Assembly: GCA_000092065.1 (NCBI GenBank)
Contig: CP000597.1
Reading direction: 5' to 3' (one strand)
DNA from: Ostreococcus lucimarinus
Lineage: Eukaryota
Length of the DNA stretch: 64,000 nt
This document shows, one piece after another, positions 63,707 through 64,000 of the stretch. Position 1 is the first letter of the stretch, and every line of letters begins with the position of its first letter. Made by a program: the position numbers and the translations under genes. Below the pieces are notes generated by a model. It had not been told where the DNA came from. It saw only the letters and a list, made by a program, of their open reading frames with translations, and made no database searches.

Positions 63707-64000
63707 ATGCGCGACGTCGCGATGCGCCCGCGCGCGATCGCCAAGGCGGTCTCGCACGCGCTCGCGCACCCGACGCGCGAGTGCGCGGGCGCGCTGCTCG
63801 TCGACGCGCGCGCGATGGACGACGACGCGCGCGCGGTCGTCGACGCGCAACCGCTGTTCCACGGCGACCGCGCCGCGACGGCGTACGAGGAGATCGCGCT
63901 GGAACAGACGGCGCGGTGCGCGGCGACGCGCGGACGCGTCGTCGTCGGGACGTATCGCGCGCGCGCGCGACGAGGCGACAACGAGGACGCGACGACGAGC
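63707..64000 (+). CDS. ER membrane protein complex subunit 8/9-like (UPF0172, MPN-like), 3'-partial at the window end.
   Basis: MRDVAMRPRAIAKAVSHALAHPTRECAGALLVD...AQPLFHGDRAATAYEEIALEQTARCAATRGRVVVGTYRA matches the EMC8/9 pattern (…KM.LHA.KYPH…G.LLG….V.D.VPLFH…L.P.LE.AL.QI…C…GL.IVGYY.AN). ATG at 63707. It continues past position 64000. Confidence 0.5.
   Translation, partial: MRDVAMRPRAIAKAVSHALAHPTRECAGALLVDARAMDDDARAVVDAQPLFHGDRAATAYEEIALEQTARCAATRGRVVVGTYRARARRGDNEDATTS

Overview
This is a 64 kb window of very GC-rich (CG-dinucleotide-rich) eukaryotic nuclear DNA. It is extremely gene-dense, with long intron-free ORFs and same-strand gene spacings of only 60-250 bp. The few introns are short (about 200-410 bp) with GTAAGT, GTACGC or GTGCGY donors. 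Precursor N-termini are Ser/Thr/Arg/Ala-rich and look like green-lineage plastid transit peptides. The best fit is a Mamiellophyceae-type picoalga such as Micromonas; that assignment is inference from composition only, with no tools run.

I can support about 30 protein-coding genes on both strands:
- An RCC1-repeat membrane protein that carries an internal TAG.
- An FF-domain protein.
- A DNA C5-methyltransferase-like protein fused to PWWP and Tudor-like domains.
- A 2032-aa megaenzyme with rhodanese x2, sulfotransferase, adenylation, carrier, thioester-reductase and Zn-alcohol-dehydrogenase domains.
- A PIPK-domain lipid kinase, a ubiquilin (UBL-STI1-UBA), and nuclear genes for organellar ribosomal proteins uL15 and uL22, each with a short transit-peptide exon.
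- An NSE2/MMS21 SP-RING protein, a plastid DiT-type dicarboxylate transporter, a thylakoid-lumen-type pentapeptide-repeat protein, an FAD oxidoreductase and a PUS1/TruA pseudouridine synthase.
- A 10 kb, 3364-aa giant secreted-type protein made of near-identical 0.9-1.1 kb tandem DNA repeats, with a bacterial PPC domain and tail-fibre-like VGIG repeats.
- A four-domain voltage-gated cation channel placed head-to-head with a calmodulin gene.
- A CK1-family kinase, an FG-GAP type-I membrane protein, a KH-KH-WW RNA-binding protein, an NYN-domain gene with a GTGCGT intron, a CCDC93-like protein and a partial EMC8/9-like gene.

The longest gene-free stretch is a roughly 2.5 kb lower-GC, ORF-poor island at about 30.5-33.0 kb, which I flag as a candidate non-coding RNA or regulatory locus. 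There are no rRNA genes, CRISPR arrays or obvious transposons, and no tRNA I could support. Because of the GC content, most frames on both strands are open, so many ORFs in the six-frame track are artefacts (listed under noticed_but_rejected). The track also marks GTG and TTG starts as 'M'.
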